From assembly GCF_000181795.1 (NCBI RefSeq), contig NW_003526943.1, forward strand, positions 10,722,789 through 10,786,788: a DNA stretch of 64,000 bases, read 5' to 3'. Within the stretch, counting starts at the first letter, position 1. The number at the start of each line of letters is the position of its first letter. Shown in pieces: positions 13,733 through 26,062 of the stretch. Origin of the DNA: Trichinella spiralis (Eukaryota). The notes beneath the pieces were generated by a model. The model was not told where the DNA came from and did not search any database. It saw only the letters and a list, made by a program, of their open reading frames with translations. The translations under genes and the position numbers were made by a program.

Positions 13733-16700
13733 ATGAATATGAAAAGTTGCATGATGTCAGCAACACGCTTCGCATTTTGCTTCGTCCTGGTGCATCTAGT
13801 GCAGCAGAGTTTTGCATATTCCATTTCACAAGCGGTTGAAGGTGGTACTGTTGGAAAAACGTCCACTGCAGATCGTACAGCCGGATCAGTGGGCCTGAAC
13901 CATCAAGCGTACAATCTTTTGGTCGACATTTATTCCACACTGATGGACACTACTATGAAAATTGAAAATCTCTTTCAAACTGTCGCTTTTGCCAGACCCA
14001 TCGGCAAGACAAGTAAGTGCATATCAATCAGCGTTTTCTTTTATTTGAAAAATTTTAAACTAACCAATCACAAAATCAAATATGCAAAAAGGACACTTTA
14101 CAACAAATTATAACACTGCAATGTTTAAATATTTTCATATCACACCAGAGCATATGCTTCTACGTGGTAAAAAAATTGCAAAAAAACCAATAGAACATGA
14201 AAAAGAACATTTGACAGCTGGGATCATTATCCTTTATCATTACATAACAAACTTTACAAAATATTTAAGAAACCGATGCATTGAATAATAAGTGAATGTT
14301 TACAATAGAAATCATTAGATATTAAATTGTTTCTATTTGAATGATTAGATACTCACAGATTTGATCATTTTATTCAACCTAGTTTATAGCTGAATCTATG
14401 ACAGATTAATTTTCTATGCATAACATTCTGCTCACAAATTCGTAAATTAAATATTTCACAGTATACATTTTGAGAAAATGTTCAAACAAAAGCGAATAAA
14501 AATAATAAAAGAGAGACAAATTAAACATAATGATTTAATTCAAAAAAAGATTTTATTTTTACAAGAAGAAATAAAAAAATAAAAACTTTTGATAGAAAAT
14601 AAGAATTTCACTGACAAATGAATGATATGCAGAAAATTTTACAGAATTGCATAAATTCAATAATGCAGCATTCGTATTATAAAATAGCTTTTTTATTATT
14701 TAAATATTAATCTATGCCGACGTCAATTAATTTATCAACTGAAAAGTTCATTAAAAAACATTAAATATATTCATTTTGTATTACATATTAACAAATATGA
14801 ATAAATAATTGACGGCTGGATTGATAAAATTTAATTATTTATGAAATCATTTTGGAATATTAAAAGGATTCTGCATTGTTTAAAAGAGAAACATGCGTAT
14901 GTTTCAGTTGAATGATCATTAAAAGAAAAAAAGATGCTTTTAATTGCAATAGTCCACTATAGAAATAAATACTGTTGATTGGGCAAATTTGTTAAAATTG
15001 ATTTTGCTTTATTTATTTATATTTAATTTGGAAAAGAATTCCTCATGAGTTTATTTATCTTGCTTTTCTTTCTTAAATATAATCAGCAATTATCTGACCA
15101 TTGATCTAATTAGCTGTATGGCAGATCGGGTTAACTGTGCGCAATTTATTCTGTTTGCACATTTTTATTTGAATGAAAGAAAAAACATGATATTCAGATA
15201 ACTTTACATTACATTTGAATATTTTGCAGCAATTGCATTGCAATTATAAATTTAAATTTTACTCTAATTGTGTATGCAAAGTTTGAATTTTAACGTTCTT
15301 CATTATTTATAATGAAATTTGTTACAAATGTATTCATTTTTCATTTATCTTCACTTTCAAAGTAATTTAATTTCTCAAAAAAACTTCCGATAAAAAAGCA
15401 ATTTCTTTCTTGGTTTTACAATTTTTTAATGTTGAAATCAATCAAACAATTCAATATCTTCATTTATTATTAAAAAATATCAAATGACAGATGATGTTTG
15501 CTTTCATGGCAAAAGTTTTAATTGCAATTTCTGTGAAAAATATTATTCGAAAATACAATAGAAGGATATTGATTCAAATTGGTAGTTGTCATTGGAAAAT
15601 TTTACTATCCCACGACAGTATCCATTGTTTAGAAAGATTTTACTCATTCTGAAGCAATTCTATTTGATTGAATAAAATTCATGTTCGCAAATGTTGTTCG
15701 TAAATATGAAGGTACATAAAAATTTTACATTCGTGATTTTATTGTTCGATGAATTGGCACCGCACAATGAATGGCCAACATTATCAAGTATCGATGGTAG
15801 CACATTGTCTTGAAATCGATATTTATTTGTAATGATTCTATAAACTGAAATTGAATAATAATTATAGAGGAGTGGTTCACATTCAACGGGCCTGTTCAGT
15901 GGCATTTAAATTAACTTTTTCCATTACGGTCACCAATTTAGCACTGCTTTTCTCAGACCTCTTGAACTTTACAAGATTCAATTTCCGATCGCGTTAATTT
16001 CTCGATTAGTTTCAGTATTTACTTTCATAAACTATTTATTGATTGCAAAACTGATACTGCTTTCGAAACTGCTAATACACACGAATGTTTGTCTTTCTTT
16101 TTTTTCATTTTATCTCATCTCCTGACATCATCCAAACTATCATTTTTTCTTATGTAAAAATATCAACGCCTAAAAAAGCAGTGATATGTATACGATGAAT
16201 TTGTAAAAATAAAATCGTTTTTCACGAAACCCAAGAGGTTGGCTGTTCAATCAACTGAGCATAGTAATGGATTTCATTTTCTACTACTCCAACTAACACG
16301 CTTCACCAATGTGGGAATTGAAAAAAAACAACTAACAACATTGCGTGCTTGAAAATTTCATCTCATGACAACAACATATTGTCTTTTTTTCCCACTCTTG
16401 ACAGACATGGCATTGCATGACACGCTATTTTATAAATTATAATAAAAACTGCTCAAGATGAGAAAATGTCGTCATTTGCATTTCGATTAACTGCCATCTA
16501 CACAGTTAAAATATTTCTACTAACTGTTTATCAATTTAAATCACTAATCAAACCTGATATTCACAAACTACAGTACGTAATTTATGTGACTAAAAAGTCA
16601 TTGTAAAAATTCTCAAATGGATTATAAACATAGCAAACATAATTAAGAATAAAATATTTTTTACTTTAATCAAATCATATAAATTCAGATTTGAATAATA

Positions 16701-16854
16701 ATGATAAATAATTAACCGCCATCAAAGATAAATGTAAATTTCTTAAATTTTACCGGCAGTAAAAGCAAATTTTCTCTTTTCAGATTCCATTGGCGATGGA
16801 AAAGACAAAAGATACGATTTGAACAGTTGGGAATTTATGCGTTTTGGAAAATGA
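13733..16854 (+). CDS. FMRFamide-like (RFamide) neuropeptide precursor, 2 exons, 116 aa, predicted mature peptide YDLNSWEFMRF-amide
   Basis: Exon 1 (13733-14012) encodes a signal peptide (RFAFCFVLVHLVQQSFA) and ends at a perfect GTAAGT donor in phase 1. Exon 2 (16784-16854) follows TTTCTCTTTTCAG and joins in frame to give ...GKTNSIGDGKD-KR-YDLNSWEFMRF-GK-stop: dibasic cleavage site, Gly amide donor, terminal basic residue. Confidence 0.88.
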
Positions 16855-17597
16855 CCATTAAAATCATACCAGTAGTTAACCAACTGTTTTCACTGCTTTT
16901 CAAATTACAACATAAGTGCATCAAATCAAAAATTCCCTTTCTGTAGTTTCCCATGATTGAGCATGTCAATTAAATTACATTTAATATATGCATAAGCATC
17001 TAAAATAATGCGTACACGCATATATACATATACATAAATATATTGCACATATACTTTTCTTATATTCCAAAATTACAAATACATATGATTGAAATTAATT
17101 GCTTATTCTTCCAGATTAACTTTCAAATTTGAATTACAGTAAAGATCGATAATGTAAAATCTGCTTCCAAATAAAGGTGACAAAAAATTACTTTTTTCTT
17201 TTTCGAATTACTTATTATACTATTTTATGTTGTAAAAATTACATTTATGAATGAAATTCTATAAAGCATCACATATTTTCAATGTTTAAAAAATATGTTC
17301 ACTATATACAGTCTAAGTTTTCTTAATAAAAAAAACAGACCATAAAAAATAAAAATTTTAATAAAACACGCCACAATAACATAACTATAAAAAAACATAC
17401 ACATTAAAAAACCACTACATAAAAATTTTCCACTAGAGCATTATATAAAACACCTAAAAACGACGTTAAATAATGACTATTAGTAAATGTTTTCCCCAAA
17501 ACCATAAAATACTTTTGAGGTAAATAATGTAAATAAATCGAAATTATTTAAATAGAAACTTATAAATGAAACGGTTATAAAAGTTTCCATCAGTCAG

Positions 17598-20377
17598 TTA
17601 TTCTTGAATTTCTTTTTCTTCCTTATTTTCGCTCGATTCACCAATTTCAGGTTCGAGGCGTGGCACCTTCCCCACAGTGTTCTCGTTTGTAGTTGCCAAT
17701 CTTTTCTAATAACAATAAAATACTTGATAAGCATATAAATAAATAAATAAATAAACAGTTTATCATACTTTGCGAACAATCAAGGACTCAGTGTCCACTT
17801 CACTGTCATCAACTGCTATCATAGGTTGCTTAGACTAAAGTAAAAAGATTAAAATAAAGAAGATTAAAAACAAACGTCTTCTCCTTTACAAGAACATCAG
17901 CTAATTTAAATTTCGCTGTTTGTGTGACGTCAGCCATACGATTGCGGATACTGTCCCTATATTCAATGCATTGTTCAAGTTGCTCTTCGACTTTTAATCG
18001 TTCTGTACTGTCCAATTCCTCTTTCAAGACATCTTCCAAATGCTTCTTGCGAAGTTCAAGCGATTCAATAGCGGCTTCAAAACATTTTTTCGCTTCTTCA
18101 AATTTATTGCTCATCTCCAAATTTGCTCCTTTCAGACAATGGCTTGAAAAATTTTTTTAATGAAAAAAATTACACTGACGACAATAATAAATGCATTAAA
18201 AATCCAAATGCCACTAACCAATTTGCAATACGACGATCATGCTTTGGCAAGATCTCTTTGAAAACAGAATATGCCTGCGAAATCGACGTAATTGCATCAT
18301 CAAAATGCCCGTTCTCCGAAGCAATTTCTGCCAACAGAACGTGGCATGATCCCAAACGCGCCAAGTTATCCAAAGAAGTGGGTAAACTAAATTAGAATAA
18401 ATACAACACTTGCACACAAAAATAGCAGCCTACTTTTCCTTGTATATTACCGAATTAAACCCACACGAGCAGTTTCAATCGCTTCCCAAGCCAACTGCAA
18501 ATCATCCACATCTACAAATTTAAAATGAATTTGCAGTTTCAGAAATACTTTTGCATCAGTAATTGAAGAATTTGTTCACCTTCTTCATCTTCTCCGTTAG
18601 CTGCTCCCTCAGCTTCTTCTCCATTAGCTGTTTCATCTTCTCCGTTAGCTTTTTCATCCTCTTCCTCATCCATCAACTCATCAGCAGAGCCTTTTTCATT
18701 TCCTTCTTCGTCTTTCACTTCTTCATCACCATTTGATTCATCACTCTGCTTGTCTGACGACTGCTCCATTTTTACTTCATCATTCGAAGTTCCACACCCA
18801 TCATTCTCTTCCAAAGCGTCTAAAAAAATTAACAATTTTCATTTATTTATAATTAAAATATTCATAATTTATGATAAATTAAAATCTAATATATATAAAT
18901 ATTTTTCATTTTTCAATTTAGCATTTTAAAGTTCAAATAGGACGATGCATTCACGTTTTGAAATAATAAATGATTACTCCAATGTCTCGAAGCAATGTTA
19001 AATGAAAAACCCAAATCTCCTTTCTTTGATATAAAAAAATATATATATATATATATATATCATGATCACATTTATTCGCATACCATTTCCCGCAACAGCC
19101 AAGTCTCTGCTGTTGGCCAGGTAAACGTCCAACAGTGCCTGACCGTACAACATGTGCGGTGTAATGAGCTTCTCATTAAATTCACCATAAATTTTAACCC
19201 TAAAAACGTTACAGAAAACATGAAAGGATCAAAAGAGATTTTAAAATTCGTATTAATTAAATAAATTCTTTTCTCTTCAATTCTAATTCTATAGCAACGA
19301 CAAATTAAACACTGAAGTCCCTGCTTTAACAGAGACAAAGAGATTATACTTAAACTGTAAATTTAAATAATTCACATGCATAAATGAAACTAATCTAGAA
19401 AAGTTATTCATCAAAAGTAAATTTGAATAACAACTATAACCACTTGCAATATTTCAGCAATATTTTGAAGCAAAGCAATATTTCAATAAATTAAAATATA
19501 ACTTTCAACTGACCACAATTCAATAGCAGATGACATATGTCGAACCGCTAATTCCATGTTCTTCATTACCAAAGCTCGTTTACCCAAATCAAAAAGACGC
19601 TGTGCTTCTGCATCTATTTCTTCCTTATTAACACTAAACTTAATGAAATAATAAATGATTACAGTGTACTGTAATGCTGCATAAAAAAGCAATAAAATCA
19701 TATTACATTTGGCTATTAAATTTATAGCCCTTATTAAAACGGCTAAATACGATACTTGAATATGCATTAATCATTTTCACATTTGCAATTTTAAAAGCAG
19801 TAAGTAGAAAAGAATACAGTTTATTATTATTATTATTAATAAATATAAAAAAATAAAGAAACAAAATTTGAGTTTTTCCACTACCTAATAATGAAAGCCC
19901 CAGAATTGTCATTCAAAAAAGAATAGCCTCAAATATAAGAAGATAATACATACACATCTTGTCCACTGCCTTGATGCGAACTTTCGGTCACACCTTCGGC
20001 AGAATTCTGCTTTTCATTCATGCTATCAGAATGGTCATTCTTGCAAATTTCCCTAAAAGAAAAACTATTAAAAATTATTCTTCACAAGTAATAAATCATT
20101 TAATTCTAATCATCATAATTTTGAAAAAAATCGGTCACACACCATTGTCAGAAATTATTTCATTAAACATATATATTAACAAATATTGAACATCATACTT
20201 CTAGATCATACACATTAATAAACTCATAAGACCTTGAAATTGGAAGCCAAGTAAAACTATCGTATCAGGTAAAGAAGCAACACAATACAAAAATGAGCAA
20301 AAAATTATAAACAGCCTTATAAAGAATTCAAGGTGAATAACACAACAGATTCAAGATAAATTATAAAAAACTTACAT
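17598..20377 (-). CDS. NASP: Nuclear autoantigenic sperm protein (NASP/Hif1/N1N2-type histone chaperone, SHNi-TPR), multi-exon
   Basis: Minus-strand exons give LFDLGKRALVM..AVRHMSSAIELWVKIYGE..MLYGQALLD, then an acidic insert (about 18578-18819). DVDDLQLAWEAIETAR and CHVLLAEIASENGHFDDAI..LPKHDRRIA follow, then a C-terminal NLS LIVRKKR. Stop TAA at 17600-17598. Confidence 0.87.
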
Positions 20378-23300
20378 TTCTTTGAAACAACAAATCTAGC
20401 ATTCTGCACAACCAAATTAATCGAAATTTACAGAAAAAACACGTAAGATAAAACTAAAAGTCAGTAATTTGAGCAAATGATGATATTATCAGTTAACAAT
20501 ACGTAACAAATATAAACTGCCCTCTTGAAAAAATCGTGTTATAATAATTTAGGGTAAGATAGGGCAAATGTTGCAATAAAAATGCAACTACAAAACTTCA
20601 GAGCTACAACAAATGAAAAATTTTAAAAATATTCTTACGATTTATCTGACGCATCACAACTAGTTAAATGCGCGTCGCTTGAGGATTCCATAGCAATTCC
20701 TCAAAAGCGTGTATACACAAACAAAAGTTTTCAAGGATATGTATTTGCCGATTAAGCCGTACGATCTTATGTAAAATAAAATGCAGGTATAATTTTTTAT
20801 GTAAGCATAATTTTTTAATATTAAAAAATGAATCAAATATATTAAGAATTAAATATTAAAATGTATAATTAATTATTATTTTTAAGTTAATTTGAATCTA
20901 TTAAATAGCAGAAAAAATGTTATGACACTTCAAATTTTATTTTGAACATTTTTGTTTTTTTTTGTACTTGCACATTAAAAATCTTTGTATTGTAACGGTA
21001 ATCGCTGTGCCATGTTCGATTTTCTAATTAGTGTTAGTAATTTTATTGAGTATGACAGATTGTTTCTCTTTGCTTTTTCTTATTTTTTGTATAGATAAGT
21101 ATTTTTTGAATAATTAATCCATACAAATACTATTTAATTAGTTTTAAGAACAGATCATATTATCGGTGATCTGTATAAAGAAGGAAAATTTAGCTACTCC
21201 TGAGTATAAACTAGCGAAAGGCGATTAAAATTTTTTAAAGAAGACGCTTAGAAACCTGAGTATCAGTTTACAAAGCGAGTTTTATATTAATTGAGTTGAA
21301 GCATTTACCACAGTTTTTGCTCTTTAAAAGTACTTAAAAATATTTAGTAATGCATGTATACTTATTTAATCTCATTAAAATGTTTCGCAACATTTATCAC
21401 TAACCAATTTTATAGTAATGCTATACCGCAAGTATAATAAGCAGTACAGTAAATTATTTGAAACTTATAATTTATTTCCGCATTTTTAAAGGTATGATTT
21501 CAAAAATCAAAACATAATTTGATCTTATCAAGAAAGAGTTTTCTGTCTACTATTCAGTTTCCTATTTATATTATCATTATCAATACGTAGTATTTCATCA
21601 ATTAATAGTTTTGTTAATTATATTTTCATTTATACTAATTACTTGATCATATTTAAATAGAATGTCAATTATACGAGTAGTGGAATAATGAAAAATTAAA
21701 TGCATTCTAAACTTAATGTTGATCGCTGACATAAATAGCACTGTTAACAGTCGCTCTGAAATTTTCTGTAAGTGTCCAAAAATTTAATTATTAACATTCC
21801 TGTGGTTATTGAGCTGGTGAATTGTGATAAGTGTTCAGCAGTATATTTAAGGCACCTAGTGTCAAATCAAAAACGCACAAAATTAAAAAGGAACACATTT
21901 ACAAATGAAAAGTATTCATCATTACAATTTACAGCAATAAAACTCACATTTTTTCTATTTATTTGCATGTTATTTTATGTTATGCATAATAATATTAATA
22001 ACCTTTCTGTATTTTTTATGTATTATGCCGCTTAAGTAAACATTTTAAGATTATTTTGTTTTGACAATTCACTTTAGTAATATCTATGTGTTTTAAGAAA
22101 CAGAGTAGCGCATACCAGCATACCATCATAATATTCTGAAAAGTAGTAGAGATTCTCAGTTGAGGGATTCTCAGACAGAGTTCAACATAGTTGTACTATT
22201 TATCTACAATTTATGATAATTGTGTTATTAATTTCTATTTACAGTTATTTTTTTAATAGCAGTTTTCATGTGTTACTTCAAACAAATATAGAAGCATATT
22301 TTGATATTACAATAAGAGTTTAAAGCATTTTATTTATTTTTATAAAATATGAGGCATATTTAATTTGTAAACTGTGCTACTTCTTGTCCGATTGAATGGT
22401 GCGATATTAAAAGAACTAATATTTAATAAAGTGACAGTTTTATCAGTTACTTTTGAATTTATTTTAAAGTGCAAAGTAAATGAAATTCTGTGACAGTTTA
22501 AATTTTCGCCTTATTTTAAATAATCAATTGCAGTTATCATGACAAATTAATTATATAAATATTATGAATATTATATAGCAAACAAAAATGCATTTTATCA
22601 TATTTTTCATTTATAAAAATGTGGTAGAAGTGCATTAAAAGATGAATGCTTTTTTCTCGTTTTTTATTACTTTTTAGTGTATAAAATTTAGCTGTTTTGC
22701 ACGTGAATAGAATTTCTAGACGGGAAAAATTTGCACGTGAAAAAGCATGCAAGTAACTTATCTTGCTGTTTGTGATTACGTTTGTAAAACATGAAAAGCG
22801 ACTGCAACGGTTATTATAATTTGCTGACATTAAAAAAGATTATATGACATCTAAGAACCATGACAATTATCGTAATAATAATGAATTATGCTGATGCAGT
22901 TCTTCAAAACTTCATTCAAGTGCTCGTTTTACAAATGCGACAACAAAAGCGTTCATGAAATATTCAACGCCAGAACATTTAATTAAATTTGAAACTTGCT
23001 TTTATGATATACCTTGAAAGCGAAAGGTTTATAAAATGGAAATATTTTGCTTTTACAATTAAACGTCACTGATATTTGAACGGTTTTCATATGAAATGAT
23101 TAATTTTAATTTTAAATATGAACATTAAGATAATTAAATTAGAAAGCTTGAAATACTCATTTTATAAAAGTTGTGAGAAATGTATAACGTGAAAAGAACA
23201 TTTAAGAAATTTGTAAGTAAAGAAATAATAAAAATCTTCAAATGGTAGTATTTCATTAGAAATAAAAATGGTATTTTATGAATAGTTGAAATTATTTGAC

Positions 23301-25799
23301 ATTTGTTAAGATAACTTGGATTCAGTATGCCAATTTAAAAATTGCTGTTCATTAGTGAAATTTAGTGAGGTATTTGAGGCAACACAATTACATCTGCATA
23401 ATGATTAATGTATTTTATTTGTTTATTTAATTACAGTGTATTGATTAAAGAATGTATCATCAAAAGATTGCAAATCAAAAATACTTTCAAAACAAATCCC
23501 AGATGAAAAAAAGTTAAAAGTAGTTGATTTTTGCAAAAAAGTCAAAGTATTTCTCTTTTCAACTCAACTTGCTTTGAATATTTAGCAATTTTTTTTTCAT
23601 TCCCCCATTCATTGAAATTTTTTGTAAAATGTTTCATTTGCAGAAATTTATTTGCATAAAATTATTATTGCACGCTATAATAACCGATTTCAGCAATGAG
23701 AATGAGCAAGCGGGCAAAACAGCGTTTGATTGAGAATAGCCGTTCTTGTGATGACGTGTAATGAATGTGGCGGCAGTTTCATCTTTGAAGCATCCTGTTC
23801 GCCTTGTTTGAACTCTCATTTCAACTTGGCAAAAGCAACGCCGACACTTTGACAAACGACTATATACGACGAGTATAATTCATCAAATTTCCTTTTCTTT
23901 TTGGCTGAGGTTGACAATTTTTGAAAATGTTTCAATAAAAATGGAAAAGTACCAATGGGAAAACTCGTACAGCGTTGTTTCATCAGCTTTTCGTTGAACT
24001 GAATTGGAACCAGCATCCCGCTACCCCAGGACGAGGGATGTTTTCAATTTTCTATCCTCTAATGAATTTTTGCAGTCTTGGAATTTTGAAAAACTAGCCT
24101 CAAAAACAAACAAACAAACAAACAAGCAAAAAAATAAAGCATGTTTAATCATTTCGTGAAAATAGCTTCGTGCAATTTCGGTTGAAAATGAAATGCCCTG
24201 ATTCCTATTTTTTATACGATAAAACAGAGAAACACTACAATCTTTATTAAACGTAAAGTGTAAATGAACTTGAATTTTGCTATACAAATGAATGTTTTAT
24301 GAATTTTCATTTTTGAAATGTAATATACCCATTTGCAATTGAATTAATAAAAAAAATAAAAGGGAGTATGCGGAAAAATGAAAACAGAAAACTCTACATG
24401 CAAGTGTTTCACAGGCGTTTATTTGAACTTTATCCAGATTGAAGAAACAGCCATTCCTCAGATGTTTGTTTTTATGAATTTCAATTTGAAACTTTTTGCT
24501 TTGTTACTTTTGTTGCAAAACCTGAATATATTTATCAAATGCTGCTTTAAGCAAAAATTTGCATTTCAGAGTATCTTTGTTAAATTTCTGTAAAAATCTG
24601 CCTTTTCAAAGTATTCCATAATCAAAAGTTGTTAAAAAAATTACATGAAAACTGATTTTCATGAATCAAAAAACAATATATAATAGAATATAATACAGTA
24701 TTAAAATATTTTTATGCATTTTCGAGTAATGTTAATTCTTTTTCTTCATATTCTTGAATTGTTGAATATATTGTATCAATAAAAAAAAACTGACTCACTT
24801 CGGAGAAGAATATAAAATTGCTTTCCTTTTCACTACTGATTATCTGTCATTTTATGTTCATTGCAGAAGAAATTTATTTTAAATCTGATTTAACATTTCA
24901 AATATTATAATTCTGAAAACCACTGAATGTAGTTTTAAAAATAATTTCATTGTTAACGATTTTTCAATTTAAAAAATAAAAGATTTTCACATTTTATGAC
25001 ATAAAATGTTTAATAATTTAAAATTGAAATAAATTTATTAGAAATGTCATTCCGTTTGGAAAAAAGGCTTCTGTTTTGGCTTTGCTACGTTTTGCTCTTA
25101 TACTTTCTTGGTGGAGACTATACAATTACATGACAAAAATTACAATATAATTTACATTAAAAATAAAATTTTTTAATTAATTTTTTACAAATAGTAAATT
25201 GAAATCTTTTTGTACAAAATTAGAATATATGAATATGCATTACTTGCACTGTATGCAACTAATAGAAGTTTTAAAATAAAAATAATTCTTTTTTATATAC
25301 CGATAATCCGATTTTAAGGATTTGATACAGTCTCGTTATTTTGTCGGGTTACACATGTTAATTTGGATAAAACTAATTCATTATGATCATAAAGTAAAAT
25401 ATTTCCTTTAAACAATTTATCGCAGATAAATATTTATCATAGAACAAACTTGATGCAATAATCACAAAGTTTAAACATTTTCTGAATCAACAATTTCAAT
25501 CAAAAATAAAAATAGCTTACTATATGCATACAAAGAAATTTTTTTTAATTTTGTATCACAAGTTCATCTTGGTCAAGTTCATTAATTTTTCTTTTTAGTA
25601 AAAATAAATGTGAAACAAAAATATGTAATAAATTTTTCCCTCGCAATATTTAATTATTACTTTGTTTGAGAAGGATATTTAATTAAAAGAAATAAAACTA
25701 TTTTAATAAATAAAATTTAAAATAGAAAAAGCATCAGGTGTTGTTTAAAAAATAATTTTTAAATAGATATTGATGAAAAAGTGAAATAACTGCGATTAA

Positions 25800-26062
25800 C
25801 CAATTCTGTTCTGGAGTCAGAATTGTCATCACATTTGACCAATGAGAACAAGTGGAACTTGTTCCGCACCAATCAAAAAACGAACAAACGGCCTGTCGTT
25901 TCCGCGATTGCCCAGCAAAATTGGTTTTCTTCAAGAATTTGCAAAGGCATCATAAATTTCCAACCGCGGCTGGTCATTCGGTAATGTGTGTTACTGCGGG
26001 GGTGAACAAGGCATAAATTGCTGCTTGTAGTCTCGTGATAAATCAATTTTTATGGCAATTTG
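25800..26062 (+). promoter_or_regulatory. Promoter/5' leader of the lin-39-like Hox gene
   Basis: CCAAT at 25800, 25839 and 25869. ATAAATCA (reverse of the Pbx/Hox site TGATTTAT) at 26038-26045. TTTTATGGC (Cdx/Abd-B-type site) at 26048-26056. Possible splice acceptor CTTGTAG at 26024-26030. Confidence 0.45.
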
